A stretch of 64,000 bases of DNA from a bacterium (GTDB lineage: Bacteria > UBA10199 > JACPAL01 > GCA-016699445), in the NCBI GenBank assembly GCA_036274695.1, contig DASUFF010000173.1, forward strand, positions 105-64,104, given 5' to 3'. This document shows positions 40,554 through 50,724 of the stretch, in pieces (position 1 is the stretch's first letter; every line of letters starts with the position of its first letter). The notes under the pieces were generated by a model that was not told where the DNA came from, made no database searches, and worked only from the letters and a program-made list of their open reading frames with translations. Made by a program: the position numbers and the translations under genes.

Positions 40554-41297
40554 CTACGACATATTCCGGATGATGCTCAGCGCCGTATCGTGGCGCGACT
40601 TGAGGAAATTGCTCGCCAGCTGCTGGGTCTCGTTCTTGCGCTCGGTTACGTCCTGAAGGAAGGTCTGAAGCATATTGAGCTCGGTGCTGATGTCCCCCAC
40701 CTGGGAGTTGATGTTCGCCGCGCTCTGGGCGTCCTGCTTTTGATCCCCGCTCTGGCTCTGCGTCAGGTTTGCGGTCAAACCCTGCCTTTGCTTCTGAAGC
40801 TCCTGCATCCGGTTCATGAGGCTCGCCGCCAGTTGATTCGCCTGGCGCGATTCCAGTCCGGAGAAGAGGAGCATGGCGGTGTCGATGTCGCCGGAGGCGA
40901 GCGCCATCCGCAAAAGTTTCTCCAGCTTCTTCGTCTTCTCCTCGGAGGCCCGCTTGGCCTGGTCGGCCGTCTGGTTCGCCACCTGGCGCGTGGAATCGGC
41001 CAGCACCTGATTCCAGAGGGTTTGGAGCTGATCGGTCGGGAGGCCGCCGGTGCAGGATGATTCCGCGGGAGACGGGATGTCGCCCGAAGAGGAGAGGGGG
41101 ACGCACACGGTCCCCGAACGGCCGTCGACCAGCCGCATCAGGTTGCCGTAGGCCTTCGGCAGGCAGACGGGCTCGGGACCTATTTCTTCGATGCGGACGC
41201 CGGCCCCCTCCGGGGTAACGATGACATGCGGCTCCCACTCGGGCACCGCTTCAGATCTTGATTCCTCGCTGCGAACGGTCGTTGGCATTTGGCTCAT
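40554..41297 (-). CDS. hypothetical coiled-coil protein
   Basis: 247 aa. Gln/Leu-rich C-terminal half. Confidence 0.45.
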   Translation of the reverse strand: MSQMPTTVRSEESRSEAVPEWEPHVIVTPEGAGVRIEEIGPEPVCLPKAYGNLMRLVDGRSGTVCVPLSSSGDIPSPAESSCTGGLPTDQLQTLWNQVLADSTRQVANQTADQAKRASEEKTKKLEKLLRMALASGDIDTAMLLFSGLESRQANQLAASLMNRMQELQKQRQGLTANLTQSQSGDQKQDAQSAANINSQVGDISTELNMLQTFLQDVTERKNETQQLASNFLKSRHDTALSIIRNMS

Positions 41298-41601
41298 GGT
41301 GTCCTCCTGGCTTTCGGGGTTGTTCGGAATGCCGGTACAGGGAGCGGATACGTCCCAGCAGGGCGGCGGCTTCCTCCAGCCGCCCTTCCCGGAAAAACTC
41401 GTCGGCGCGCCGCCTCAAGGGCAGCGTCCAGTCCGTCAAGGTTGTGGCCGTTTCGCTTCCCACGCCGGAAGGTCATTGCAAACGTGCCAGCTTCGGATTT
41501 GAGCTTGGAGCGGGTCTCGTCCGTCCAACGACGCGGACGAAGGTGTCCGGCCGATAAAACCCGTCGCGAGCCGGGGGCCGCTGTGGTAAACGGAAAAAAC
41601 G

Positions 41602-43506
41602 GTGACCTTCTTCCGCCCCTACGAGCGCCGCATCCTCCAAGCCTTGTGCGAGGCCTTGCTGCCGCCCACGGCCCTTTTGGCCGAAACGCCCGCCGATGTG
41701 GATTTGATCTCCCGGGTCGAGAGCCACGTGGCGTTCTGTCCGCCGAACATCCGGTCGGCGTTCCGCCTGGGCCTCTGGCTGGTGGAGTGGGGCGCCCTCC
41801 TGCGCCGCGGCGCGCGGTTCACGCGCTTGAGCGAGGCCGAACGCTCCGTCAGCATGGAAGGATGGAAGAAATCCTGGATCTACGGACGGCGGCTTCTGTT
41901 CAAACTCCTGGAAGCGAACTGCCTGGCCGTCTACTACGCAACCCCCGAAATTTCCAAAAAACTGGGCTACGAGCCGCCTCCCGTCAAAAACGGCAAGGCC
42001 GCGCCGATTCACGTCGAAGCCTCCGACCGCGATCTTTATGTGGAAGCCGACGTCTGCGTGGTGGGCAGCGGGGCCGGCGGGGCGGTGGTGGCTAAGGAAT
42101 TGGCGGAAAAAGGGCGGAAGGTGGTCTTGATCGAGGAGGGCGCCTACTACACCTCCAAGGATTTCGGACGCGAGGCGGTGGAGATCGTCGAGCGCATCTA
42201 TCACGGCGGGGGCACGCAGACGACGGTGGGGCTGCCCTGCATCCTCCTTCCCACGGGCCGGGCGGTGGGCGGGACGACGGTGATCAACTCCGGCACCTGC
42301 TTCCGCGCTTCCGACCAGGTTTTGGAAAAATGGCGAACCGAGTTCGGCCTGACGGGACTCACGCCCGAAGCCCTGGCCCCTTACTTCGACCGCGTGGAGA
42401 AGCATCTCCACGTCGCTCCCGTGACGGAAGAGACCTTAGGCAACAACTCCAAAATCTTCCGGCGGGGGCTGGAGGCGATGGGTCTGAAAGGCTTTCCCCT
42501 CCCGCGCAACGCGGATACCTGCGCCGGCTCCGGCATGTGCTGCTTCGGATGCCCCACCGACGCCAAGCAGGCCGTCCAACTCTCCTACGTCCCGCGGGCC
42601 GTGGAAAAGGGCGCGAAACTCTTCGCGCGCTGCCGCGTGGAAACCGTCATCCCGAAACTCTCCCACGGCGGCGAGGTGATCGGACGGTTCGTGGACGAGG
42701 AAGGCCGGCCGGGCAAGCGCCTGCACGTTTCCGCGCATGCCGTCGTCCTGGCGGCGGGGACGTTGAAGACGCCGTATCTCCTTCGAAAGAACCGGATCGT
42801 CCTCCACAACCGCCACGTGGGACGGCACCTGAATATCCATCCCACTGGCAAGATCATCGGCGTCTTCGACGAGCTCGTCCGGGCCTGGGAAGGCGTCCCT
42901 CAAGGTTACGGCTACGGCGGGATGAAATCCGACGGCATCCTCTTCGAGGGCGCCTTCACGCCGCCGTCGTTGGGCGCGGTCAACATCAGCCTCCCGGCCC
43001 GCGAGCACAAGGAAGCGATGGAGCGCTACGACCACGTCGCGTCGTTCGGCTTCCTGATCTCCGACCAGAGCCGCGGCTGGATCCGCTGGCTGCCGAACGG
43101 CGATCCGATCATCTACTACAGCATCCACCGCCGCGAGCTGGACCGGTACGTGAAGGGCATCCGCTTTCTCTGCGAAGTCTATTTGGCTGCGGGCGTGAAG
43201 AAGATCTACACGGGGCTTCGGCCCTTGCCCGTCGTCACGCCGGAGACGGGGCTTAAGGACTTCGACAAGGTCTCGATCAAGCGCACCGATATGGAAATCT
43301 CCGCCTTCCATCCGCTCGGCACCTGCCGGATGGCGGCCGATCCGGAGCGGGGCGTCGTCGACGAGAACGGGGAAGTGCACGGCGTCAAAAATCTCTTCAT
43401 CGCCGACGGGTCGATCTTTCCGTCCTCCATGGGCGTCAATCCCCAGGAGACCATCATGGCCTTCGCCAATCGGATCGCGGATTTCATCGACGCCAAACGT
43501 CTCTAG
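41602..43506 (+). CDS. GMC-family FAD-dependent oxidoreductase with N-terminal extension
   Basis: VCVVGSGAGGAVVAKELAEKGRKVVLIEEG Rossmann motif and C-terminal GMC_oxred_C-like region (HPLGTCRMA). Confidence 0.75.
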   Translation: MTFFRPYERRILQALCEALLPPTALLAETPADVDLISRVESHVAFCPPNIRSAFRLGLWLVEWGALLRRGARFTRLSEAERSVSMEGWKKSWIYGRRLLFKLLEANCLAVYYATPEISKKLGYEPPPVKNGKAAPIHVEASDRDLYVEADVCVVGSGAGGAVVAKELAEKGRKVVLIEEGAYYTSKDFGREAVEIVERIYHGGGTQTTVGLPCILLPTGRAVGGTTVINSGTCFRASDQVLEKWRTEFGLTGLTPEALAPYFDRVEKHLHVAPVTEETLGNNSKIFRRGLEAMGLKGFPLPRNADTCAGSGMCCFGCPTDAKQAVQLSYVPRAVEKGAKLFARCRVETVIPKLSHGGEVIGRFVDEEGRPGKRLHVSAHAVVLAAGTLKTPYLLRKNRIVLHNRHVGRHLNIHPTGKIIGVFDELVRAWEGVPQGYGYGGMKSDGILFEGAFTPPSLGAVNISLPAREHKEAMERYDHVASFGFLISDQSRGWIRWLPNGDPIIYYSIHRRELDRYVKGIRFLCEVYLAAGVKKIYTGLRPLPVVTPETGLKDFDKVSIKRTDMEISAFHPLGTCRMAADPERGVVDENGEVHGVKNLFIADGSIFPSSMGVNPQETIMAFANRIADFIDAKRL

Positions 43507-43544
43507 GGGGCAACAAATCCGGGGATCCGCCGAAGAGGACCGAA

Positions 43545-44624
43545 ATGACCTTCGCTCTCAGCTACCACCCCGACGTCCCGGCGCTTTTGGCCCAGCCGCG
43601 CCTTTTCCTGGGCCCCCAGATCCCGGGCTACGTCTCCGAGGCGGGCAACGTCCTGCTGCCGATGACCCTGGACGGCCGCATGACCGACACCGGCGTCCGC
43701 AACGTGGACATCCGCGGCATGGACCGCTTTCTCCAGAAGCATGAAGACCGGTTCGTCTGCGAAAGCCCGCGGCTGAACATCTATTCGTCCCGGGGATTCT
43801 ATGAAGCCGCCGTCCGTCCGTCATGGCTGTCGTCCGTCGTGACGTGGATCGAAGACGATTGGCTGCGCTACCGCTCCGTCCTGGACAGCCACCCGATGCA
43901 AAGCACGGCCCTCCAGACGGTGAAGGGGCAGATGGCGTCGCTGAAGCTCCTCCTTTCGGCCTGCCTCTACCTCGGCCACGACGGCGGCCCGGATTCCGAA
44001 AATTTCCTCTACCCCCACGATCTCGCCCTTTATGGAAGGCCGGTCGACGTGCGCCGGAAGAATCTTTTCCCCGTCTTGGATTTGCTCAAAACCTTCCTGC
44101 TGACCCACGAGCAAATCCGCACGGGCGTGGCGGAGAAGATCGTCGTGGAGCGGGGCAACGCGGGCGCGACGATCCACGACATCGATCATTTGACCGCGAC
44201 GCACGGCACCTTTATGGAATTCGCCCTTCGTCAGGGGGACATGCTGGCCCTCCGGCGCGATGACGTCCGGCCGACGGTCACCGTCTCCGAAGACGAGGAG
44301 GGCAACCTGGATCCCACCGAACTCCAAGCCGGCCGGATCCACGCCGCCTACCGCTCCCTTCATGACGAGTTCGTTCAGCGGATCTCCGTCTTCTTAGGCT
44401 TCGTCCTCCTCATCCACTACCAAATCGACGGCTGCCTGATGGACGCCTTGTGCCGCCGCCTGGAAAGCGCCGGCCGGATCGGGACCATGGCCAGCGCCGA
44501 GCATCTCCAGTTTGTTTTGGAAGGGGAGATGTACGAGCTGGGCCACAATTTAAGCCGTGACGAGCAGGGCTTCGAAGGCCGCTGCCTGCTCTCCGCCCTC
44601 CAGGCCTTAACCAACATCCAGTGA
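43545..44624 (+). CDS. hypothetical protein
   Basis: 359-aa ORF. No recognisable domain. Confidence 0.45.
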   Translation: MTFALSYHPDVPALLAQPRLFLGPQIPGYVSEAGNVLLPMTLDGRMTDTGVRNVDIRGMDRFLQKHEDRFVCESPRLNIYSSRGFYEAAVRPSWLSSVVTWIEDDWLRYRSVLDSHPMQSTALQTVKGQMASLKLLLSACLYLGHDGGPDSENFLYPHDLALYGRPVDVRRKNLFPVLDLLKTFLLTHEQIRTGVAEKIVVERGNAGATIHDIDHLTATHGTFMEFALRQGDMLALRRDDVRPTVTVSEDEEGNLDPTELQAGRIHAAYRSLHDEFVQRISVFLGFVLLIHYQIDGCLMDALCRRLESAGRIGTMASAEHLQFVLEGEMYELGHNLSRDEQGFEGRCLLSALQALTNIQ

Positions 44625-44725
44625 TATTGGCCCACCTTGGCTAAAAAACTAGGCAACCATTCCCGTCCACCCGCGAGGACTGCGTCAAATCGGCTTAATT
44701 TCAGGGACTTACGACGTAATGCGTC

Positions 44726-46378
44726 ATGGAAATTCCGTTTTCCACGCTCTCCGGGATCGCCCTTCAACAAGGACTTCAATGTCTCTGTCCGACGGGCGTG
44801 AATCTTCCGGGTCTTTCCGAGCGCGACACCGCCGTCCTCGATAGGATTCGCGAAGGCCGGGATGCGACCCCGGCCCAGTCCGCCCTGGCGGTTTCCTCCC
44901 TCATCCGCTGCCTGCAGGGGCACGGCTTCGTCGCCGGTCCCGCTCTGGAAAACGTCCCCGGCGTCCGTCTCTTTCAGGATCCTCTGATCCCCTTGGACCG
45001 GCTTGCGTTTCCGGCCTTCGGAGGCCTCGAACTCACCACGGCGGCTGGCCCGATCCGCTTCGGCGGGAACATGTGGTCTAATAAGGACATCATTTTAGCG
45101 AAATCCGCGGGCCGGCCGACGCCCCGGTATCACGTCCTCGACGGCGCCTCCCCGCACGTGGGCCTGATGGGCGCCGAGTTCGTTCGGAACAATTTCTTCG
45201 TCACCGGCCAGGTGCCCACGTTCGTCGTCGAGAGCGAGACGCAGGCGCGGATCTTGGACGAATTCCTCAGGCAGACCTACGAATCGACGGAGCCCGAGGC
45301 CGTCGGCGCCTTTCCCTCGCCCAGGCACGACACGCTCCACAAGATCGTCTGGTTCGACGAAGGCGGCGCGGCGGCGCTGGAAGAGGGGACGCTTCTGACG
45401 CGCCTGCGCCCGAACGTTTATCGCCTCTCCGAGGGAGGGAAGGAGATCGGCGTCCTGAACTTGGAATCCTTCGCGCGCGCCGAGGCCCGCAGCCCCATCC
45501 GCGCCCAGGCGGGCGGCAAGAAGGCGGAGCGCGTCCGGCGCGCGGCGGTGGAGGAAAAGCGGAGCGGGGTGTGGCCCATCGGCACCGCCAACGGCTTCGC
45601 CACCCGCGAGGAGACGAGCGGCTTCATGATCTGGAACCGGGGCCGCTTCGTCCTGGTCGATCCTCCGTCGAGCACGCCGGCCTATCTCGAGGCCCACCGC
45701 ATCCCGCTGGACCGCCTGGACGGAATCGTCATCAGTCACGGCCACACGGACCATTGCACCGACGCCGTCCCCCGGATTTTGGAAAAAAGACCCAAGACGC
45801 GCATCTACACCTCGCGAAGGATTTTCGACGATCTCGCCCGCCAGCTCGATCTGTCCCTGGGCAAGGCCGCCTCGCGGCTGGATTTCAACTACAGGCGCTT
45901 CACGGAAGTCCGGCCGCGGACGAATTTGCGGATCAATGGGATGACCTTCCGCTTCCACGAAACCCTGCATTCGCTGCCCGCGCTGGGTTTCGAGATCTGG
46001 AACAAGAAGGACTTGGTATTGCACTTCAGCGGAGACACCTTCGCCGATCCCGCGATCTTCGAGCAGTTCTTGCCGACAAAAAAAAATTATATGACCCGCG
46101 AGCGGGCCTTCGAGGTCCTGCGCCATTACTTCCTGATCCCGCAGCGGGCCTCACAGAAGGTGCCGCCCGTCTTTCTGATCGAGGCGGGCGTTCCCCCGCT
46201 TCACACCGCGCCGGATCTGACCCGCGCCTTCCTCGAATTTTTGCAAAAACACCTGGGCGTCGATACGTCGCGCGTGCTGGCCTACCACATCTCCGACGAG
46301 AAGGCCCGGGCCGCCAGGCTCCGCAAATGGCCGGCCGGCCACGAGGGGTGGATTGACTTAAGCCCCTACTATGAATAG
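44726..46378 (+). CDS. two-domain protein with C-terminal MBL-fold metallo-hydrolase domain
   Basis: [11 protein letters not shown] metallo-beta-lactamase motif in the C-terminal half. N-terminal ~330 aa unknown. Confidence 0.55.
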   Translation: MEIPFSTLSGIALQQGLQCLCPTGVNLPGLSERDTAVLDRIREGRDATPAQSALAVSSLIRCLQGHGFVAGPALENVPGVRLFQDPLIPLDRLAFPAFGGLELTTAAGPIRFGGNMWSNKDIILAKSAGRPTPRYHVLDGASPHVGLMGAEFVRNNFFVTGQVPTFVVESETQARILDEFLRQTYESTEPEAVGAFPSPRHDTLHKIVWFDEGGAAALEEGTLLTRLRPNVYRLSEGGKEIGVLNLESFARAEARSPIRAQAGGKKAERVRRAAVEEKRSGVWPIGTANGFATREETSGFMIWNRGRFVLVDPPSSTPAYLEAHRIPLDRLDGIVISHGHTDHCTDAVPRILEKRPKTRIYTSRRIFDDLARQLDLSLGKAASRLDFNYRRFTEVRPRTNLRINGMTFRFHETLHSLPALGFEIWNKKDLVLHFSGDTFADPAIFEQFLPTKKNYMTRERAFEVLRHYFLIPQRASQKVPPVFLIEAGVPPLHTAPDLTRAFLEFLQKHLGVDTSRVLAYHISDEKARAARLRKWPAGHEGWIDLSPYYE

Positions 46379-46991
46379 TTTTGTCCGCATGAAGCCCCCT
46401 AAAAACAAAGTCGTCTCCATCGCGTCCCAGGGCGTCGTGGAGGATAATCTCGTCTCGTCCTTCGAAGCTGTCCTCCAGGAATTGGGGGAGGACCCCCGCC
46501 GGGAGGGCCTGAAACGCACGCCCGTGCGCGTGGCCAAGGCGCTTCGGTTTCTGACCCAGGGCTACCGGCAGAACGTCGACGACATCGTCAACGGCGCCCT
46601 CTTCAACGAAGAGACTGACGAGATGGTGACGATGCGCGACATCGAAATCTATTCCCTCTGCGAGCACCATCTCCTGCCGTTTTTCGGCAAATGCCATGTG
46701 GCCTATCTCCCCAACAAAAGGATCATCGGTATTTCGAAAATCGCCCGCATCGTGGACGTCTTCGCCCGGCGCCTGCAAGTGCAAGAACGGCTCACCAAGC
46801 AGATCGCCGAAACGATGCAGCGCGTTTTGGAACCCAAGGGCGTGGCGGTGGTCGTCGAGGCCGAGCATCTCTGCATGCAGATGCGCGGGGTTCAGAAACA
46901 GAATTCGTGCGTCGTCACGTCCTCGATGTTGGGCGCCTTCCGGAACCGCCAGGAAACCCGCGAAGAGTTCATGAAGCTGATCAAGGGCTAA
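46371..46991 (+). CDS. folE: GTP cyclohydrolase I
   Basis: [11 protein letters not shown]...HVAYLP catalytic motif. Confidence 0.9.
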   Translation: MNSFVRMKPPKNKVVSIASQGVVEDNLVSSFEAVLQELGEDPRREGLKRTPVRVAKALRFLTQGYRQNVDDIVNGALFNEETDEMVTMRDIEIYSLCEHHLLPFFGKCHVAYLPNKRIIGISKIARIVDVFARRLQVQERLTKQIAETMQRVLEPKGVAVVVEAEHLCMQMRGVQKQNSCVVTSSMLGAFRNRQETREEFMKLIKG

Positions 46992-46997
46992 GCTCCC

Positions 46998-47726
46998 GTG
47001 CCTCTCATCCCTTCACCTTCCTTGTCGCCCGCGCTGCTGGCCGGCTTTCGCCCGTCGTCCATCGACCGGATTTCCCCGTCGCAACCGGGCGTTTACTTCG
47101 ACGCGCCCGGCGCCGGGACCTCCGTCGTTCACGTCGGGAGGGACGTTCCGGCGCCCGTCATCGACCTTCTGCGCTTCATCCGCGACGAAGCCGAACGCGG
47201 GCGGAAGCGCAAGGGCGTCGAGACATCGTACCGCGAAGGCGGGATCGGCCCTAAGTGGTCGCTCCGTCCCGAAAGGGCGGAAGCGGGGTGCCTCCAGGCG
47301 AAAATCGTTCTAGGCGGCGTGGAAATGGTTTACGGCGGCCGCCCGCTGTGGATGCCGAATCAATTGGAAATCCGCCGGTCGCGGGCGTCCTTCGAAGGAC
47401 TGTTCACGGCCGTCCAATGTCTGACTTTCCTGCCCGGTTCCGACGCGCCGACGTGCCGGGCCGAATCCGGCCGGCGCACGCTCACCATGAAGGGCTTTGA
47501 CAACGCCGCCATGAAGCAACTTTCATGGGAATCGCTGTCGAAGGATCCGGCCTTCGAAGGCTGGCTGAAATCGACCGACCGGTTCGGCGGCGCCCTCCAC
47601 AACCGCGCCGGCGGCGAGCATCTCCGCGTGACCAGGGACGCGCAGCGCCTCACCGTCGAATGGAGACTCACCGTCTCCCCGTTGCCGGAGGCGGTACGGT
47701 CCCGTTGGGATTTCGTTCTCGAATAA
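46998..47726 (+). CDS. hypothetical protein
   Basis: 242-aa ORF. No recognisable domain. Confidence 0.4.
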   Translation: MPLIPSPSLSPALLAGFRPSSIDRISPSQPGVYFDAPGAGTSVVHVGRDVPAPVIDLLRFIRDEAERGRKRKGVETSYREGGIGPKWSLRPERAEAGCLQAKIVLGGVEMVYGGRPLWMPNQLEIRRSRASFEGLFTAVQCLTFLPGSDAPTCRAESGRRTLTMKGFDNAAMKQLSWESLSKDPAFEGWLKSTDRFGGALHNRAGGEHLRVTRDAQRLTVEWRLTVSPLPEAVRSRWDFVLE

Positions 47727-47860
47727 AAATCGCTTCTGTTCATTTTATTAGACAATTCTTGGAAAATTGACCTCAGTTAGTTGTGACTTTCTTCCTCCCG
47801 CAGCTACCGTTCCGAGAGTGAAAAACGTGCGAAATCAACCGGTTGAACCTTAGGCCTCCG

Positions 47861-47876
47861 TGGCATGAGCCTTGCT
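47861..47876 (+). promoter_or_regulatory. sigma-54 (-24/-12) promoter TGGCAT-gagcc-TTGCT
   Basis: Exact GG-N10-GC spacing. Lies 31 nt upstream of the SD+ATG at 47907. Confidence 0.5.
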
Positions 47877-47906
47877 TTTGCTTCTCTCCGAGAAGGAGAG
47901 CCAACC

Positions 47907-48395
47907 ATGTCCCACATATCTTTTTCCCACCGGCTGCCGGTCGACGACGACCCCGTCCTCGATGACATCCAGTCGCGCTTTCAGACGGGCGGTTCGGAGA
48001 TCGCGCAGATCATCGCCGCGGGCGAGGCCCAGGCCCAAGGCGGACGGGAGATCATGGGCGTCTTGACCGGCTTGATGGCGGGTTCCTCGAGTCCCGGCCA
48101 TGTAGCGACGGCCTCAGGAAGCAATCCCAGGCAGACGGGGGCCGCCGTCGCGGGGGGTCTCGGAGGGGCGGCGTTGGCGGGCGCTGCGGGGGCGGGCATC
48201 GCTCAGGCGGCGCAGAAGAACAAGGGCGCCAGGGAGCTGAACAAGCTCGAGAGAGGCGCCAAAAGGGATTTCCGTCAGCTGGAGCGCCAGACCGCCAAGC
48301 AGGAGCGAATCGATGCCCGGCAGGAACGGAAAGATCTGCAGGAACCGGAGATTATCCTGGACGCTTCCCGTGAGTGGCCGTCACCGTCGTCGTGA
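47907..48395 (+). CDS. hypothetical Gly/Ala-rich protein
   Basis: Start chosen downstream of the -24/-12 element with GAAGGAGAG SD. 3' end overlaps queF convergently by 44 nt. Confidence 0.4.
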   Translation: MSHISFSHRLPVDDDPVLDDIQSRFQTGGSEIAQIIAAGEAQAQGGREIMGVLTGLMAGSSSPGHVATASGSNPRQTGAAVAGGLGGAALAGAAGAGIAQAAQKNKGARELNKLERGAKRDFRQLERQTAKQERIDARQERKDLQEPEIILDASREWPSPSS

Positions 48396-48714
48396 TCCCG
48401 CCGCGCACGTTGAAAGCGCCGATCACTTCCATCCAGCGCGGGGCGCAGGCGGCAACCAAATCGTTGAGGATCAAGTTGGTGACCTTTTCGAAAAAATGGC
48501 CCTCGTTCCGGAAGGACCACAAATACAGTTTGAGCGACTTCAGCTCGAGGCAGCTCTTGTCCGGCACATAGCGGATGGTGATCGTCGCGAAGTCCGGCTG
48601 GCCCGTCTTGGGACAGAGGCTGGTGAACTCGGGGCAGACGGAGTCGATGACGTAGTCGCGACCAGGCTCGGGATTGGGGAAGGTCTCAAGCGTTTTCGAC
48701 GGCTGGGTACTCAC
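48352..48714 (-). CDS. queF: NADPH-dependent 7-cyano-7-deazaguanine reductase
   Basis: [11 protein letters not shown] (QueF Cys motif) and an E(S/L)K(S)LKLYL-like motif. Confidence 0.85.
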   Translation of the reverse strand: MSTQPSKTLETFPNPEPGRDYVIDSVCPEFTSLCPKTGQPDFATITIRYVPDKSCLELKSLKLYLWSFRNEGHFFEKVTNLILNDLVAACAPRWMEVIGAFNVRGGITTTVTATHGKRPG

Positions 48715-49252
48715 AGGGGCCTCCTAAGATGTTGTCGCGGTCGGACGCGTCTATTTTTTCGTAGGAAAAAGACCACAGCGAGCGGCCTTCCTTTTTCCAT
48801 TTGTCGGCGTAAAACGTCATAAACTCGACGCCATCGTCATGGGAGACGAAGGAAGCGGCGAACGCAGCGAAGACCTCCCGGATCTGCGCGACATAGTTCG
48901 GATCGTCGTGGGCCACATAGACCCTCCCGCCGGGCTTGAGCACGCGAAGGACCTCGCCCACGAATTTTTCCTGAAAGAGACGGTTCTTGGCGTGACGCTT
49001 CTTGGGCCAGGGGTCGGAAAAGAGGATGAACACCTTTTCGAATTCGGCCTCGGCGCATTGCTGCAGGAAGACCTTGGCGTCCATGCAGACGAGCTCGATG
49101 TTGGTCAAACCCCGCTTTTCGATCCGCGCGACCAGCTTCTCGCAGCGCTTCTCCTTCACCTCCACGCCCACGACGGCGGCCAGCGGGTTCTCAGCCGCCA
49201 GGTGGAACAAAAAATCCCCGCGTCCGGGGCCGATTTCCAAAAGCTTCTTCAT
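48686..49252 (-). CDS. trmB: tRNA (guanine46-N7)-methyltransferase
   Basis: EIGPGRG SAM motif, [10 protein letters not shown]. Confidence 0.85.
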   Translation of the reverse strand: MKKLLEIGPGRGDFLFHLAAENPLAAVVGVEVKEKRCEKLVARIEKRGLTNIELVCMDAKVFLQQCAEAEFEKVFILFSDPWPKKRHAKNRLFQEKFVGEVLRVLKPGGRVYVAHDDPNYVAQIREVFAAFAASFVSHDDGVEFMTFYADKWKKEGRSLWSFSYEKIDASDRDNILGGPCEYPAVENA

Positions 49253-49380
49253 GAGCCGGACAGTTTCGGGAATCGCGCCCGATCCGTCAAGGCCCCATCA
49301 AAGACCCCGCTTTGTTAAACCAGGTTAACGTTTTTCATCGAAAAACGCTCCGGGCTCCCTGATTTAGCTGGGAAATTCCC

Positions 49381-49396
49381 TGGCCGGGCCTTTGCA
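49381..49396 (+). promoter_or_regulatory. sigma-54 promoter TGGCCG-ggcct-TTGCA
   Basis: Perfect -12 TTGCA. GG-N10-GC spacing. 25 nt upstream of ATG with GAGGAGAG SD. Confidence 0.5.
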
Positions 49397-49420
49397 ATTC
49401 CAAAGTCCGAGGAGAGAAAC

Positions 49421-49774
49421 ATGGGCACGACGATCAACGACCATCGACAGGAGCAACCGATTTCGCCTTTCGATTACATGTCCGACAACAACAAGACCGT
49501 CGCCATGGGCCAGATCCTGGGAATGGAATTCGCCTTGCAGCAGTCGGCTCTCGACCGGGACATGCAACACGCCGCCGCCCTGGAATTGGGTCTCGAAAAG
49601 CTCGACACCAACCTGCAGGTGTCCAAGATGAACGCCATCCAGCAAATGTCCGCGGAAGAGAACCACCACATCGAGAAAATGACCCAGATCAAGCAGAAGC
49701 ATGCCGCCCTGGAGAGCAGCGGGCCCCGCTATGTCGAGATCGCCCCGCCCGAGTTTTTTACGGATTCCTTCTAG
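49421..49774 (+). CDS. small uncharacterised protein, paralog family S copy 4
   Basis: 117 aa. Shares P..DY, DNNKT.AMGQI, ANLE/ALELGLEKLD, NHH.EKM and C-terminal F.TD.F with copies at 6.0-7.3 kb. Confidence 0.55.
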   Translation: MGTTINDHRQEQPISPFDYMSDNNKTVAMGQILGMEFALQQSALDRDMQHAAALELGLEKLDTNLQVSKMNAIQQMSAEENHHIEKMTQIKQKHAALESSGPRYVEIAPPEFFTDSF

Positions 49775-49800
49775 CCCCGGTTCCTGCTAACAGTCGTCCG

Positions 49801-50724
49801 GTGGACGAGCCCCTCCAGCGCTACCTCGATTTCCTGAAGGTCGAAAAGGGCCTCTCGAAGAACACGCTCGCCGCCTACGGCACCGACCTGCACGCCTTCC
49901 ACGAATTCGCGAAGACCCGTAAAAAGACCACCTGGGCCGATGTTACCTCTCAGGACGTCTTGGAGCACGTCATGAAGCTCTCGGATGGCGTCGACAGCAC
50001 CGGAAGGGCTTCCGGCAAGTCGCTCAAGGCCCGTTCTCTCGCGCGGCATCTCATCGCCATCCGCGGCCTCTACAAATTCCTCCTGAAGGAAGGGGAGGTG
50101 AAGAAAAATCCCACCGCGCTGGTGGAGCTTCCCAAGGCGGGCAGGAAACTGCCGAACTTTCTCACATTGGACGAGATCGACAAAATTCTGAGCGTCTCGC
50201 ACGGCCGCTCCCAGGAAGGACCCGAAGGGGTCCGGAACGAGGCGATGATCGAGCTCCTCTACGCCACGGGCCTGCGCGTCTCGGAGCTGGTGAACTTGAC
50301 CGTCGACGACCTCCACATGGAACGAGGTTTCCTCAAGACAATGGGGAAGGGGAAGAAGGAGAGGATCGTGCCGATGGGCAAGTCGGCGATTCAAATCCTC
50401 CAGCTCTATCTCGCCACCGCCCGCGAAACGCTTCGTAAAGGCCGGTCGACGCAGGCCCTGTTCGTCACGCGGCTGGGCAAGGCGATGTCCCGCCAGATGT
50501 TCTGGAAACTCTTGAAAGACCTCGCCCGCAAGGCGGGCATCAAAAAGGATTTGAGCCCGCACGTCCTGCGCCATTCCTTTGCCACGCACTTGGTCCAGAG
50601 GGGCGCCGACCTCCGAAGCGTCCAGGCCATGCTGGGACACGCCGACATCTCCACCACGCAGATCTACACGCACCTGAACCTCGCCCATTTGAAGGGCGTC
50701 GCATCGAAACATCCGCGGGCTTAA
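49801..50724 (+). CDS. xerD: site-specific tyrosine recombinase XerD
   Basis: ELLYATGLRVSEL, HVLRHSFATHL and LGHADISTTQIYTH (R-H-R-Y catalytic residues). GTG start. Confidence 0.85.
   Translation: MDEPLQRYLDFLKVEKGLSKNTLAAYGTDLHAFHEFAKTRKKTTWADVTSQDVLEHVMKLSDGVDSTGRASGKSLKARSLARHLIAIRGLYKFLLKEGEVKKNPTALVELPKAGRKLPNFLTLDEIDKILSVSHGRSQEGPEGVRNEAMIELLYATGLRVSELVNLTVDDLHMERGFLKTMGKGKKERIVPMGKSAIQILQLYLATARETLRKGRSTQALFVTRLGKAMSRQMFWKLLKDLARKAGIKKDLSPHVLRHSFATHLVQRGADLRSVQAMLGHADISTTQIYTHLNLAHLKGVASKHPRA

Noticed and set aside
41289-43380. 268-, 312- and 314-aa ORFs overlapping the GMC oxidoreductase gene
   Set aside because: Alternative-frame or antisense. Arg-rich low complexity.
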